NCBI RefSeq assembly: GCF_006345805.1
Contig: NC_043003.1
Location: 113,336,001 to 113,400,000 of the forward strand
From: Octopus sinensis
Lineage: Eukaryota
Direction of reading: 5' to 3'
Length of the DNA stretch: 64,000 nt
In this document: positions 26,514-40,074 of the stretch, piece after piece
Layout: every line of letters begins with the position of its first letter
How positions within the stretch are numbered: the first letter of the stretch is position 1
Notes under the pieces: generated by a model
Told to the model about the DNA's origin: nothing
The model's input: only the letters and a program-made list of their open reading frames with translations
Database searches by the model: none
Translations under genes and position numbers: made by a program

Positions 26514-27976
26514 GCCTGATCTTTATTCGATAGAAATTTGAACACAGAATCTGAACGTTAGCAACTGTATGCTCTACAAGTTACTAAATTCGCTGCTCTG
26601 CTGGTTCTATTATTCTATGTCTTTCCCTGGTTGTTATAATTTCTAATGTTGGTACAATTGGTGAGATGAAGGCGAAAATCAATTTGACTATACCTGTCTG
26701 CATTACTTGGTGGGCACGCACCAGAAGGTGGGGGCATGGTTAATACTACTCTTGTATTTTTTCAGTCGTTGCCAATCAGTTTTAGATGCTTTCTATCAAT
26801 AATAGACGAAGGTCATATTCATCAAGCTGCACCTTTGCCTGGCTTAGTATATAAAAGAAACCACCAAACGCTGAGGCTCACTTCTCTCTCTCTTCGTTTG
26901 TGCCTGTGTTAGAAATTAATTCTGTTAGCATTTCTGCTAAGAACGTGGGTGATAGTGAGTGGCCGTTAGTGGAAGTAGTTGGCACAAATGGTGGTACGGC
27001 ATGGCACAGGATGTTAAAAGATGACAGTTATGAGTGACAGTGTGTGACGGAGTGGTAGTATAGGACGATGGCTGGCATCGTTTATTCAGGCATAGTCTAT
27101 CTTGAACTACTTTAATTAATGTGTGCAACTTCTATATGATAGTTGTGTGTGACTGAAGGAGGAAATCTTGGCTGCTATTTCTGCCGAATTCTCCGATCAC
27201 ATAGAAAGGTTCTTGTTGACATATTGTTGTTGTATAGTCCCAAGTCAGCCCTCATTCAGAGATCTTTTGACACTCAATCAAATGGTGAAGAGTGATCTAG
27301 AAGTCCCCAGTTGTACCATCTTTTATGATTTGTTGTAATGAATTCTACGGGTAAGGTGGGGGGAAACGGTGGATTCAACAGAGACACAGAAAATAGAATT
27401 GGTCAGCGTCGTCTATCCTCATTATACAGTTTCTGACACTATGCCAATACATTAGACAGTTTTTAATGTGGGTAGATGTTTCTAAGCTTCGTTTCAACTG
27501 GGTGGGAGAGAAAGAGTGGTTGTAGACTATTGTTGAAGAAGTTTTCTTGTGTATTGTACGTGTATGTGGGTATTTCAAAGTGGTTTTCATGTAATTGCCC
27601 AGACTGTTGGGCCAAAACTTGCTGCGCCAATATATTATACTCTTTATGTATCAAGCTGTTTGTTTCATTTTAAGTAATTATATTACGCCCTGTAGGGAAT
27701 CCCTGTGCGTCGTCTGTATACAATCTAACATGATGTACAGGGTACTATTTTTGCTTCATATTTGTGGTTTTATGTGGAGACGGGGGTGAGCAGACAGAGC
27801 TCGAATGCGTTTTTGTTAATCATTCTTGTTCCTTTCGGTGAACTAAATATGGCGCCTGTAGTTGCTCTGAGGATGTCTGGGCTTCGTTTACTTATACTGA
27901 TGTTCTTTAATGTAGCTGGTAAAAAGGAGGTAATCACTTGGTAAATGTTGTTTTTAGTCCCTTGATGTGGGGTCAG

Positions 27977-28032
<56 letters not shown>

Positions 28033-28081
28033 TATATATATTTGTGTGTGTGTATGTGTAGTAATATTTAGCCGAAGCAGC

Positions 28082-28182
28082 AGAGTGACTCAGTGTCTGA
28101 GAGCTTCGTTCGTTGGCATTTATCAAACTTGATCAGTTTGATAAGTGCCAATGCATGAAACTCTCGGATCCTGAGTCACTCT
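28082..28182. repeat. ~100-nt imperfect hairpin
   Basis: agagtgactcag/ctgagtcactct, tctgagag/ctctcgga and ttggcatttatcaaact/agtttgataagtgccaa around a tgatc loop. Confidence 0.85.
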
Positions 28183-28303
28183 CTTGCTTCTACTAAATAA
28201 TTCAATAATAATAATAAAAATATGTGTACCCATATTGTGAGTTCTGTTTTTCCTGTTTGCTTCAACACACACACACACACACAGATTATATATATATATA
28301 TAT

Positions 28304-28408
28304 CACCGTGACCAACGAGGCTATCAGATGTTGCTAGGTGTTTTCGCTCAATAAACACTCACAACGCCCGGTCTGGGAATCGAAACCGTGAGTCCGCTGC
28401 CCTAACCA
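28304..28408 (-). mobile_element. Internally deleted SINE family B variant
   Basis: aaacactcacaacgcccggtctgggaatcgaaaccg matches 17022-17058. Confidence 0.7.
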
Positions 28409-29631
28409 TATATATATTATATATATATATAATGTACAAATGTATGTCTATATGTATGCAAGTGTGTGATCTATGTAGGGTTGGAGCAGTAACCATGGGA
28501 AACAGTAAAGTGATGTGGGAATCAACTTACCAGCATATGACGCTATGCCCATGCGTTGAGGACGTGTCGCTATAGGCTGAAAAAAAGCGGGTGACAGGAC
28601 TGTTCGCTGTGTTGCTCAATTCGGGAAATTACAAGTTCTGGCATTATTGTTCTTGTAAAGTCCATAAGCTGGGTGACATGTCAGATACTGTTGGCCGTCA
28701 TTTTTGTGTTGTCGCATAAGTTGGTGTTGAATATTTCCAGGGAGTCGAAGAGTTAAGAATTCTTTTATGACGAAAGTAAGTCTGACAATATTTTCGTCGA
28801 TAAAGCTAACATAATCTCCGCGTTTGATTTATGAGTTGTGGTTAGTATAGGGGTGTGAAATGCATTTGCAAATGGGAAGGGCTGTGCACTAACGTAATAT
28901 CAACGATGATCCTTTCCCGAACTGTTAAATGGGATGTTTTTACAGGATGTTGGCTTTGTTATGCTTTTGAGGCTCCATCATTTTCTTCCAGTTTTCACTT
29001 TCTGGGAGGTTTAAAGAATGAGGTCGTAAGTAACTGTAGATGTTGGTGTATGTCATTCTTCTGGTTCTGCATGTGCTGCGTAAGAACCGGCACATCAAAG
29101 AATACACTGAACATTTCCTCTGTGTATAAGTAAAAGGTGACTAAAAGAGTTTGAGGTAGGATTTTACAGTCCGACCTCGTAAAAACCTTCACCATCCAAT
29201 CAGACCCAGCAAGTTCTGTACTCTAGGGCAGTGCTTCGACTACTTACACCGCAAGTCGTATGAAATGATTGGGGAACAGCCGTCAGTCACCCGCCCACCA
29301 GATGGGGACATAGCCTCAGAGGACAGGCTAGGTTGTGCGAGGACATTGTCGATTGATTAGTGCAAAAGTATCAGCCATTAGGAGTAAAAAAAAAAAATAC
29401 AAACGAATGGTGGATGCCTCGACACGCTGCAACACCACACAGTGCCCTGCATCTTACTTGATCTGTCCTGACCGACATGTTTCGAGCGTTTGCCTTCCAT
29501 TTGCTTTTACCCGGAGACAAAACTCACTTGTTACTATTCGACGCCGATCTCTGGTGGGAAACAGGTTTCAAACATAGAATCGTTGTCAGTACATGTAGTT
29601 CTTAGTGTTTCTGTTTTCTTTCTATTGTAGG

Positions 29632-29850
29632 GGGCAGAAACGTTAGCACGCCGGGCAAAATGCGTAGCCGTATTTCGTCTGCCGTTACGTTCTGAGTTCT
29701 AATTCCGCCGAGGTCGACTTTGCCTTTCATCCTCTCGGGGTCGATAAATAAAGTACCAGTTTCGCATTGGGTCGATGTAATCGATTTAATCCCTTTGTCT
29801 GTCCTTGTTTGTCCCCTCTATGTTTAGCCCCTTGTGGGTAGTAAAGAAAT
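29632..29850 (+). mobile_element. SINE family C
   Basis: Near-identical to 31733-31963. Confidence 0.9.
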
Positions 29851-30782
29851 ATATTTTTGAGAAATGCTTCATAAAGTTTTTCCTGTTGCATGAGTATATT
29901 TTTTGAGATTGTTACTATCGCAACGGCTGTTGGTGTTGTTGCTGTTGTCATCACTACTTTGTAAAGAGTTTTATTCTTTGGTTTGTTGTTTATGTTGTTT
30001 ACGGTGTTTGTCAGTTGCTGTTTTGCAACAATCTCTTTTCATGTTTTTTCTCGTTTTATTGTTTAGTATTTTTGAGTTTTATTTCAGTTGGTGTTTTGAT
30101 GCGTTTCACGTTCTCCCTATGTTTTAACGATTTTTTATCTATTTCTGTTGTGTAATCCAGATTGAATGTTTTTTATGTTGTATTGTGGTTTGCTTTTTAT
30201 CGCTTCAATTATTTTCTTGACTAAGAACTCACAGTTCCCGTTACAGTTATGGTGTCGTTGAACTTTGAAAACCTTTATTCTCTTTCATAGCGTAGCTCTT
30301 TCTGTTGATTTTTATTTTTTATTTTTGAAGTCCACAAAAGCTTTGTGACTTATTCACTGAGACGATAACTGGTAGATGACCCTGAGCAAAGTAGGAGAGT
30401 TGTCTTCTAAGTCATTATAGTAACCAGGTATACGGAACAAGTGTCCGGACAGCAGTTAGTGTACTTGGCTTGGTCAACAATATGTGTCTACAGGTGAGGC
30501 TTGTTTAAAATATGAAATACATTATTTGTGATACTATTTCTTGTGTCTTCTGTTACCTGTATTCTTTGAAAACCATGATGTTGGATGCAGAGAAATATCT
30601 TGCAATTATAGGCCATTTCGGAGTATGTTAAAATATTGCAGCCTGGTGGCACGTAGGATCGGTGGAGGTGTGCCTATGTATCCATGTACATACGTATCGG
30701 TCAAATTATCGAGTAGTTTCATGTAAATTGAGTTGTTTTAAGCAGGAAGTTTCATTAAACAATCATCAGACACCGTTAATCA

Positions 30783-31053
30783 TTAAAGTGATGGTTTGTT
30801 GTCAACTTAATGTGACAGTCCTATAAAAGGGAAGAATGCTACTGTTATTTAGCCCTAGGAAACACTGGTGATGAGCAATGACTCTGGAACTAGTCTTGCT
30901 GGGTTGGGGTGCTTATCTTCTCTTTGAAAACATAAGGACATAGAAAATGTGTCACGTCCAACAGGAAACGGTGTTACCTAGGGCTAAATAACTGTAGCAT
31001 TCTTCCCTTTTATGGGACTGTCATATTAATTTGACAACATACTATCACTTTAT
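30783..31053. repeat. Inverted repeat (~83-bp arms) enclosing a decayed hammerhead-like spacer; same family as 19800-19995
   Basis: 30783-30866 is the reverse complement of 30970-31053; the spacer shares taaggaca.agaaaatgtgtca with 19889-19909. Confidence 0.8.
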
Positions 31054-31732
31054 CGTACTTCTACTGCATAAATCTCTCTGAGAGATTTGGAAATATATTA
31101 TTTCTTCAGTTAACCATTGTTTGAAATTTATAAGATTCTATTAACAAACTGATTCTGTTGCTTTATAATGAGTGTATTCTTTATTCCGACTTATCCGCCT
31201 TATTCATACATCTGTGTGTGTGTTTATTGTATTAAGGTGCCTTGTATATTTGGTTTTAATTTAAAGCTTATAGATTTCTTGTAGTATCGTCTCTAATTTC
31301 TTTATCAATGACATTTGTGTTATTTAAGTATCATGGATGCAATATTTCACATTATCAAACTCTTTCCGTTGTGATGGGATTTGTCTTCCTGGAATATGGA
31401 GTGTTCTGTGTTGAGACATTAAAGCAGTTTTCTGAAATATCGCGACAAGATTGTCGTATATCAAGATGGTATCTTTTAGTTCCATAAATATTGTACCTGA
31501 CACTGTTGACTCTTTTGAAAAATATATTCTGCACATGGTTCTTCCCGCCTCTATCTGTGGCGTCACTGGTGTTGATATTCTTATTGTTTCTGGCTGTCAA
31601 ACGCTTCCTGTAAATGAACTTAATGGATATATATTGTTATACACGCACCACCACCTCACACACACACAAGTGAGTGCGCAAAAGAAAGAAATCAACACAT
31701 TTGGTTAGAGTTATAGGTATTTAATAACAGTT

Positions 31733-31963
31733 TAAGGCGGCGATCTGGCAGAATCGTTAGCACGAAGGGCGAAATACTTAGCGGTATTTCGTCTGCCGTT
31801 ACGCTCTGAGTTCAAATTCCGCCGAGGTCGACTTTGCCTTTCATCCTTTCGGGGTCGATAAATTAAGTACCAGTTTCGCACTGGGGTCGATGTAATCGTC
31901 TTAATCCGTTTGTCTGTCCTTGTTTGTCCTCTCTGTGTTTAGCCCCTTGTGGCTAGTAAAGAA
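31733..31963 (+). mobile_element. SINE family C, full length with 20-bp TSD
   Basis: TSD ataggtatttaataacagtt at 31713-31732 and 31964-31983; B-box-like gagttcaaattcc. Confidence 0.93.
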
Positions 31964-32854
31964 ATAGGTATTTAATAACAGTTAGATATTCGTTAGATAT
32001 TCAGACAAAATAGAAAAAAATTTAAAGAAATTTTTTAAAATGTTTCTCGGTCATAAAATTCCATTGGTCGGTTCAGTCCTCGTTGTTGTCAGTCATCGAA
32101 GTAATTTCCTATTATTTTTAGGGCCACATGTTGCACACAGGAGTTTGCCATCTGCTTGTCGACATCCTGCATTTCATACCGCCCAACCAATCAATTTCTT
32201 GCTGTAATGAGTCGGGAGTAAGCCGAGAACATTTGGTTGCAGAGTTTAATTATATCAACCACATTAAGTGAAATGTACTTTATTTCATGTTCTTCAAAGA
32301 GAGGAGGAAATCAACCTTTGCATAGTTTGGATTGGAAGCCAGAAAATGTCCGTCGCTCATTCGATTCTGCCATACGACGGTATTTGTCTGTTGTAATTAT
32401 TGACTTAAAAATGTGACCAACGGAGAAGCAGGAGAAATAGATAACAATTAAACGTAACCGTGTCCTTAACTCTGTGCGTTAAGATTGCAGTTTCTTTCCT
32501 CTGTGGTGGATAATGTAAATATAATTCATTCAATGCTCTCTAGCCTTTATATAGACATGTCTAGCTTCTAGTAATACAAGGACCTACTCAATCACTTTAT
32601 AACCAGCCAGTTGCGCAGCGTGCCAACTTGTTGTATGTGTCTTCGTTATGGGGCTTCCTCTAATGACGTCATTGCTGAATTTGTGACCATCAAAATATGT
32701 CGGTTTATCGCAGATGCAGTCGTTTACCTAACGACTGACCTCAAATCGATTGCATACACCTCATGCACAATAGTATACATACATACACACACACAGGTAT
32801 GTATATATGCATGAGTATATAAAATGTTTGTGTGTACGTGTATATGCATGTATG

Positions 32855-33270
32855 TGGTTCAGTTGCAAGAAGTTTGCTTCCCAACCACATGGTTCCAGGT
32901 TCAGTCCCACTGCGTGGCACCTTAGACAAGTGTCTTCTACTCTAGCCTCGGTTCGATTAATGTCTTGTGACTGGATTTAGTAAACGCAAACTGAAACAAA
33001 CCTGTTGCATACATATATATATGTTGCACACACACACACACACATACATGCTTTTATGTATGTGTGTGTATATATATGTCTGTCTCCCATTACCGTTTGA
33101 TAACCGGGACTGTTTCGTGAACGTCCCTGAAACTTGGCATTACAGCATCAAAGACCGGTAAAATAAGGATCGGGTTTTTAAAAGAAATAAGCCCTGAGGC
33201 TGATTCGTTCGACAAAGACTCTTCAAGGTGACGCCTCTGCATGGCCACAGACTAAAATAGATAAAAGATA
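32855..33270 (+). mobile_element. Degenerate SINE family A
   Basis: ccaaccacatggttccaggttcagtcccactgcgtggcacc. Confidence 0.8.
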
Positions 33271-33334
33271 TGTAAATAAATTAAACGATGCATAAATAAA
33301 TAGAGAATCGATAAAAGATAAGAAGTGCCCACAT

Positions 33335-33880
33335 CAGCAATAAGGTCGATATAGCTCGTAGAATGAGCTCCTTGATCCTAAGAAGCTTCCGGTGAAGAGA
33401 ACAAGGTGTCATCATTCTTCTTTTCTCTTCCTTTGAACGGCCACATCTCGAATACTGCTGCCCCCTGTGGTCTCCTCATACAAAACAAAACATCTCGAAA
33501 ACTGAATCACTCCAGAAGTCATTCACTGAAAGAATTAAGGGCATGACTGATTTCTATTACTGGGGACCGTCTTAAAGCATTGAAACTCTATTTTCTCCAG
33601 CGCCGCCACGAGCGATACATCATTTGCACGATGTGGAGAATATACCACCAGCATTGCCCAAACGACCTCAACATTAGCTTCAAAATTCTTCCAAGGCTAG
33701 GACCACGGGCCATTCGTCCCCTACCCAATTAATGGATCACAACACATAAAAACACTGCAGCACTATTTCTTTTCCTCAACAGGTCCTGCCCTATTTAACA
33801 TTCTCCCGAAACAGATCAAAGAGGAAAAGGATCCCTTTTTCTTTAAACGGAATCTGGACAAATTTCTTCAAGGAATATCA
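33335..33880 (+). mobile_element. CR1-group LINE 3' fragment
   Basis: RPHLEYCCPLWSPH; LKLYFLQRRHERYII; STGPALFNILP. Confidence 0.85.
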
Positions 33881-33882
33881 GA

Positions 33883-35650
33883 ATGTAATCTTCAGGTTCA
33901 TGTTGTAGTGGTGACCGTTATGTTTTACAATTTACAACTGTAGCGAGATGGGTAAAATGTGTGCCTTAAATACATCTGTGTAGGTTTCAAAATGTTAATT
34001 TTTGCAAACTGTATTCTGACCAATCAGTGTGTGACTTTACTAAATTTCTTAAGTTGATTGGTGTTTGGTTTAGGCGTCACAGTTTGTCGAACATGTCAAG
34101 AAACCAAAGTAGTAATTGTTGGGCTATTTTTAGAAATGTTGTAAACAACATTTGCCAAGGATTTTTACATTAGAATTATCATCACTATTATCATCACCTT
34201 TGTTATTGTCATCGTTGTTGGTGGTGGTAGTGGTGGTGACGGCGGTGGTGGTAGGAGTAGCTGTGGTAATAGAACTTTAAACCCAAAAATAAGATTATTT
34301 TTACTGCCTTTTCTCTTGACTTAGCATTTTCCTGCTGTTGTCATCATGAGCGCCTTTAGTATTATTGTTAGTTGTAGTGGTCCTAGCAGTAGAAATAGTA
34401 CCTCTAAGTATTAGTATTATTGTTTATTTAGCTTGGGTTGGAATTTATTAACAAAGTTCTTTACTCTGATTTTACTCTCAATTTCAATTGGACGGTGTAG
34501 TTTGTAGAATGGAACTCTTATAAATATTATCCGACCGCATGTTGCCAGATGGTTACTCAAAGCTATCTGACGGACATCTGGGTCTCTAATTCCCTCTCGG
34601 TGCACACGTGAACGTTCTGATAGTGCATTTCCAGTCTGACCTACATATAGTTCTTCACAATTCAGGCATTTGATGCAATAAATTAAATTTCTGCTTTTGC
34701 AGCTCGGTCTGTGATTATATCTTTTAATTCATTACATTGAGCAATGGTTGGTAGGTTTGTTTTAGCAATGTTGAAGATATTCTGTTGACACTATAAATAG
34801 TATGACTTGTTCCTGTTTACCTTTTCTTTCTGTTGTCCTCAGTTGTATGGGTATTTTTATAGCCCGCAAAGTGCCATTTTCTATTAGTAGAGACGGGTAT
34901 TTTTGTTTGAGCAAAAACTCTTAGTTCTGTTGGGCGTTTGTTCCTGATGTTGCATCATCTACAATAGTACAAATTCTTCTGGCTAGGCAGTATGGGATGT
35001 TGCGTTTTGTATCTTGTGGATGACACAACTTAAATTCAGGTATTGATGTGTGTCCGTGTGTTTGTGGTATACATCTGTGGTAATGGTGGTGTCCTTTTTA
35101 ATTACCATTATATCAAGGAATGGTAATTTGGTACTACTCATCTCCTTTGTAAATTGGAGAGATGGGTGTAGTTGCTCTGGAGGATATTGAACTCTTCCAG
35201 AGTATTTAGAGATTCTGTTCAGATTATGAAACACTCATCAAGGTATCTCTTCCATTCCTTTTCAATATGATTTCTAAATCCAGTACTATTGTTTACTTCT
35301 ACTTCTTGGTAGAGTTGTTGGTCTAGAAATCCCATTACAAAGTTCGCGTAAATGAGAGCAAATTTCGTTCCCATTGCTGTGCCTTTAATTCATATGTAAT
35401 TCTTTCCATTGAACAATGCGTTGTTTTCTAGAATAAGCCTGAGTGTGTGTAATATAAATAGTACTGTGAATCTGTTAAGGAACACTTCATGTTTTTCTAC
35501 CCAATATCTAATCGCCTTTATTTCTATAGGCTCAAGAATGTTAATTTTTGCAAACTGTATTCTGACCAATCAGTGAGTGATTTTACTAAATTAAGTGTCT
35601 TTGTTTTTGTTATTATTGGTAGTGGTATGGTAGGAATAGCTGTGGTAACA
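33883..35650 (-). mobile_element. Penelope-like element (RT plus GIY-YIG pseudogene) with a partial upstream pseudo-LTR
   Basis: GTAMGTKFALIYANFVMG; WKRYLDEC; LHPSLQFT..LPFLDI..TDVYHKHTDTHQYL; CKSRNLIYCIKCLNCEELYVGQTG; 33991-34047 repeated at 35537-35592. Confidence 0.9.
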
Positions 35651-35694
35651 AGAGAATAAAAGAGTAAAAATAAAAGTATATATATATATATATA

Positions 35695-35853
35695 TAGGCG
35701 CAGGACTGGCCGTGTGGTAAGAAGCTTGCTTCTCAACCACATGGTTCTGGGTTCAGTCCCACTGCGTGGAACCTTGGGCAAATTTCTTCTATAGCCTCGG
35801 CCCGATCAAGAGCTGGCGAGTGGATTTGGTAGATGGAACGTAGGAAGGAGCCC
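35695..35853 (+). mobile_element. SINE family A, 5' half
   Basis: aggcgcaggactggccgtgtggtaag..ggttcagtccc. Confidence 0.85.
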
Positions 35854-36200
35854 ATATATATATATATATCTGCTTGGAATTTTATTTTAATTCTCTCGCA
35901 GGAAGGCCTATTGGATTAGTGTTCTGTTATGCCTTCGAAACATGCCTGACTCCTCTAGCGACAGCTGATGACGGGGGTTTTGTCCTTGTGTAGCTCGTCC
36001 TGTATTTGTTTTTCGTTTTCTTGTTTTTCGTTTTCCGTTTTCTTGTTTTTTGTTTTTTTGGCTTTTTCCGTTTCTACGTCTTATTGTGATGTCCTGTACT
36101 CCCGTATAATTATTTATATATGCATGTATATATACATGTAGATGTAGGTACGTACATATATGTTTGTATGTATGCATATATTTTTATTTATCTCCTATAT

Positions 36201-36239
<39 letters not shown>

Positions 36240-36240
36240 C

Positions 36241-36690
36241 GGGAGAGTTTGCGGAAAAAGACGAAGACGGATGGTGTACAAAACAAACAGATGTATTAGT
36301 ATAACGCTCAGGACTAGAAAAAGTCTTTTACGTTTCGAGCCTACGCTCTTCTACAGAAAGGGACACAGAAAACAAGGAGAGAGAAAAAATGTGTGTAGTG
36401 GCTAACGGTCTATCATGACGTCTGACTCGGACAGAAGGGTCACACACGAGAAGGAAAGTAGGGGAGATAACAAAGTGAAGATGACCCCCAAAACGAAGGT
36501 GCGTGCGTGTATAAGAGAGTATGTATGTGCGTATGAAAGAGGGCTGGTGGTCTGGACGTGTGCGTGTAAGTATGTGTAGGTGTGGAAATGTGGGTGTGAG
36601 TGTGTGGGTGGTGTGTTAAGATGTGATGTGTAATGTTGTATGCTGTAGTGTGGTGTGGTGTGATGTTGCTGGGAGGTGGGCAGGCGAGAG
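36241..36690 (-). mobile_element. Longer copy of the variant-hammerhead repeat (motif at 36325-36360)
   Basis: 36241-36410 closely matches 23771-23945 and the hammerhead-like motif is identical. Confidence 0.6.
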
Positions 36691-36859
36691 TTTTATATAT
36701 ATATATATATATAAAATTTTTAGTAGAAGATAATTTTGGTTGTCAGTAATTTACATCCAAATAAATGAAATCGTGCTTCCAGTGATTTTTTTAAAGACGA
36801 GATTGGACGGGATACGTTGTTCTATTCATGTACTTTTAGGATCAATAAACACAAGCGAT

Positions 36860-37000
36860 ATTGGTGTGTTTACGTCACCGTAACTTAGCAGTTCGGCAAA
36901 AGAGTATTAAACTTACAAAGAATAAGACCTGGGGTCGATTTGTTCGACTAAAGCGGTGCTTCAGCATGGCCGCAGCCAAATGACTGAAACAAGTAAAAGA
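36860..37000 (+). mobile_element. SINE family A, 3' half
   Basis: ggggtcgatttgttcgactaaagcggtgcttcagcatggccgcag..tgactgaaacaagtaaaag. Confidence 0.8.
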
Positions 37001-37199
37001 AAAAAATATATAGAGAGAGAGAGACATGTATGTATATGTGTATGTAATATATATATATACCATACGCCCATACAAACATAATCACACACACACACACACA
37101 CACAACAAGCATAGAAGCACACACACATGGTTATATACATTTATCTGAACTGGAAAGCATACATATACATGTTTATACATACATATGCGCACAACCAAG

Positions 37200-37273
<74 letters not shown>

Positions 37274-38091
37274 TGTCCACACAACGCAAAAGTCAGCTTC
37301 TAGAAATGAGTGAACACTAAGTGCAATGAAGTCTTGCTAATTCTTTAATCAAGCTAAGTCCGACCATTCCAGAGCGGAAACAGTGCGTCGCAGACAGAAT
37401 AGATTGCATTCAACGACCCATTGTTGGCCATACCGTTATCCTGGCTTTACCAAACTAATCTTACAGATCGTTGCAGCAAAATGGTTTGGCAATATATTCC
37501 GACATTTTACTTTATTAACCTCGCTTTCTCAGCCTGCAAGAAAATATCTACTGCAAGACATTATGAAGCATACGAAACGATGATATCAATGCATATCTAT
37601 GTATACATGTGTGTGCGTGCGTTTGAATGTATGTATGTGTGCGTGCGTGTAATGTAATTATCTGTGTATGTATATGTATATATACACACATACACATAAA
37701 TATATAAATATACATGCATACAAGTATGCTTCAGGCTCATAACAATTCTCTACGTGTTTTTTTTTCCTGTAGGCATTGTATGTCTGAATATTCACACTGG
37801 CAGATAGGGGTATTTGAACGTTACGTTAGATAGACTTGTGCAAAATATCCTTCTCTTCCAATACACATACAGACAACTCATAAATATAAAATCACACACA
37901 TGTATGTATGTGTTGTTAAAAAAAATGTCCGTTTCCATGGTTCTGTTTTTATGTTTTCGGTTCTCATTGTGTTCGACGTTTCTTTTTTTTTTTTTGGTGT
38001 CCTGTACCTATATATGCATGTATATATACATATAGATGTAGGTACGTACATATATGTATGTATATATGCATATGTTTTAGTTATTATTTTG

Positions 38092-38133
<42 letters not shown>

Positions 38134-40074
38134 TTATGGTGGGTGAAAGAAAGATGTAGGTACGTACATATATGTATGTATATATGCATATGTTTTAGTT
38201 ATTATTTTGTTATATATATATATATATTTTATGGTAGGTGAAAGAAAGATTGTGTCTACATGCACGTATGTTTGTGTGCATTTATATCCGTGTCTCCAAT
38301 TGTGCAAGTGTAATTCGCTTCATTTTTCTACAAAAATATCCGTCTATGCTTCTTTTAATATTACAGCAGACTTTTCTTTTCTGTCAACTGTTATCTAACA
38401 TTTTATGTGGCCAAAGAATTAGCGGTTCGCCGAACATTTCTGCCATTCTAGAATCTTTGACTGCGTTCCATAAATAAATAACATTCGTTTCTTCGTCCGT
38501 TTATATTTTATTCTTTTTCTTTCATCTCCATTCATTTCAAATTTCAAGATTCTATTTCTTCGTTGTCTTGCGTTTTACTTTACGGATTATGAAGCAAAAT
38601 GTTTGAATTTTATGGCTGTAACGTCAGAAAAGCAGGTCGAAATATTTTGGTTTAATGTCACCTTTGAAGATTAATTGTGAGGAATAAGAAGTATGGAAGA
38701 CGAAAAGCATGTCAATATACACACACATATATACACACATATATACATATCTCTTCGAAAATCAAAGAAAAAGAGGATATCTAAGGAGAACTGCTTCGAA
38801 ACTTCCAGTTTCTATATCCAGACTATGAATTCATATTCATACCAATAATAATTGGAGCACTAAGTTTTGTTAGTAAATGCTTAAAGGAGAATCGGGATAA
38901 ATTGGGATTTTCAGAAAAAGAAACTGTGAGTGGGAAAATATGCAAGGCTTTTCTCAAGTCCCAAATGTGAATTTGTCTGTGTTAACTATATCCCAAAGAT
39001 GGAGCCTTGTATCTTTGTTGGAAACCGGCTCCCTCCCCAATGGAAGATTTATAATAATTGAAAAATAAGAGACATACATATGCAGGACCGAATTTACACC
39101 CTGCGGGACTCGGGGCACTTCAAGTTCGGTGGGCCCCTTTCACATAAGTATTAATATTTTATAAATTTCCAAATTTAAATCTCAAAACCCATCTATTTCA
39201 AATAACTGAATCTGATGAGTTAGCAGAGAATGTTTAAATAAATGACTGAAAATGTCGCTTTATAGACACACTTTTTCAAAATTCAAATTTCGTTTTTCAC
39301 ACATCCACTTGCGGTGTTTGACTTTTCCTTCATTGTGAAAAGTACAATGGAGGGAAGAGCGGGGTATGATTTTTTTTTTCTTTTAGTGTGAGTTACAAAT
39401 GTTTCAGAATGTAGGATAAGATAAAATGACAAAAAATCACGAAAAAGAAAAATATCATTTTTATGGGTGTTGCTATTACAAAGGCATGATGAGTGTGTGT
39501 GTGAGTGAGAGAGAGAGTGTGTGTGAGTTAGAGAGAGAGAGTGTGTGTGTGTGTGTGAGTGGAGGTGGAGATACCAACATTTAAAAGACATGGATTTAAA
39601 AAATTCTTTTAAAACAGCTTCCCTTCATTGTTTTGCAATGCATGAAAGAAAAACAAGAGCCGGGGACACCCCGATAAAAATGAAGTAATTCAAACAATTA
39701 TTTCCTAAAGTTTGCTTTTCCAGGTTCTAGTAAGAGTAGGCGGGGCACAATGAGTAATATTTACTGCAGTTTTTATTCTGAGGAAAAAATATTTTTAGAA
39801 ATGTTCACTACCTTACCAAAACTATATCAGCGAAGTAAAGATCTTCTCTAAACGCAGTAAAACCTATAACATGTTCAGAACACTATTTCAGAAAATGATT
39901 AGCCTTCTCTTTGAGCATGTAAAAGACAAATTTAGGCAGGGCAAAATGGGTAAGACAAGGTAAATATGCTTTTCCAGTTTTCCAAGATTCTTAGACATCA
40001 GGAAGATCGGAAATACAACACAATTTAACATATCTTGGTCAAATGTTAGAAGATTATAAAAAAAAATATCACAT

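Noticed and set aside
27375-31650. Further retroelement coding remnants (27400-27960, 28500-29150, 30360-30720, 31300-31610)
   Set aside because: Composition suggests old TE sequence, but no diagnostic motif could be read with confidence
35930-35980. Type II hammerhead (GAAA before CTGATGA; similar at ~47708-47755)
   Set aside because: Stem I and the cleavage triplet could not be formed convincingly
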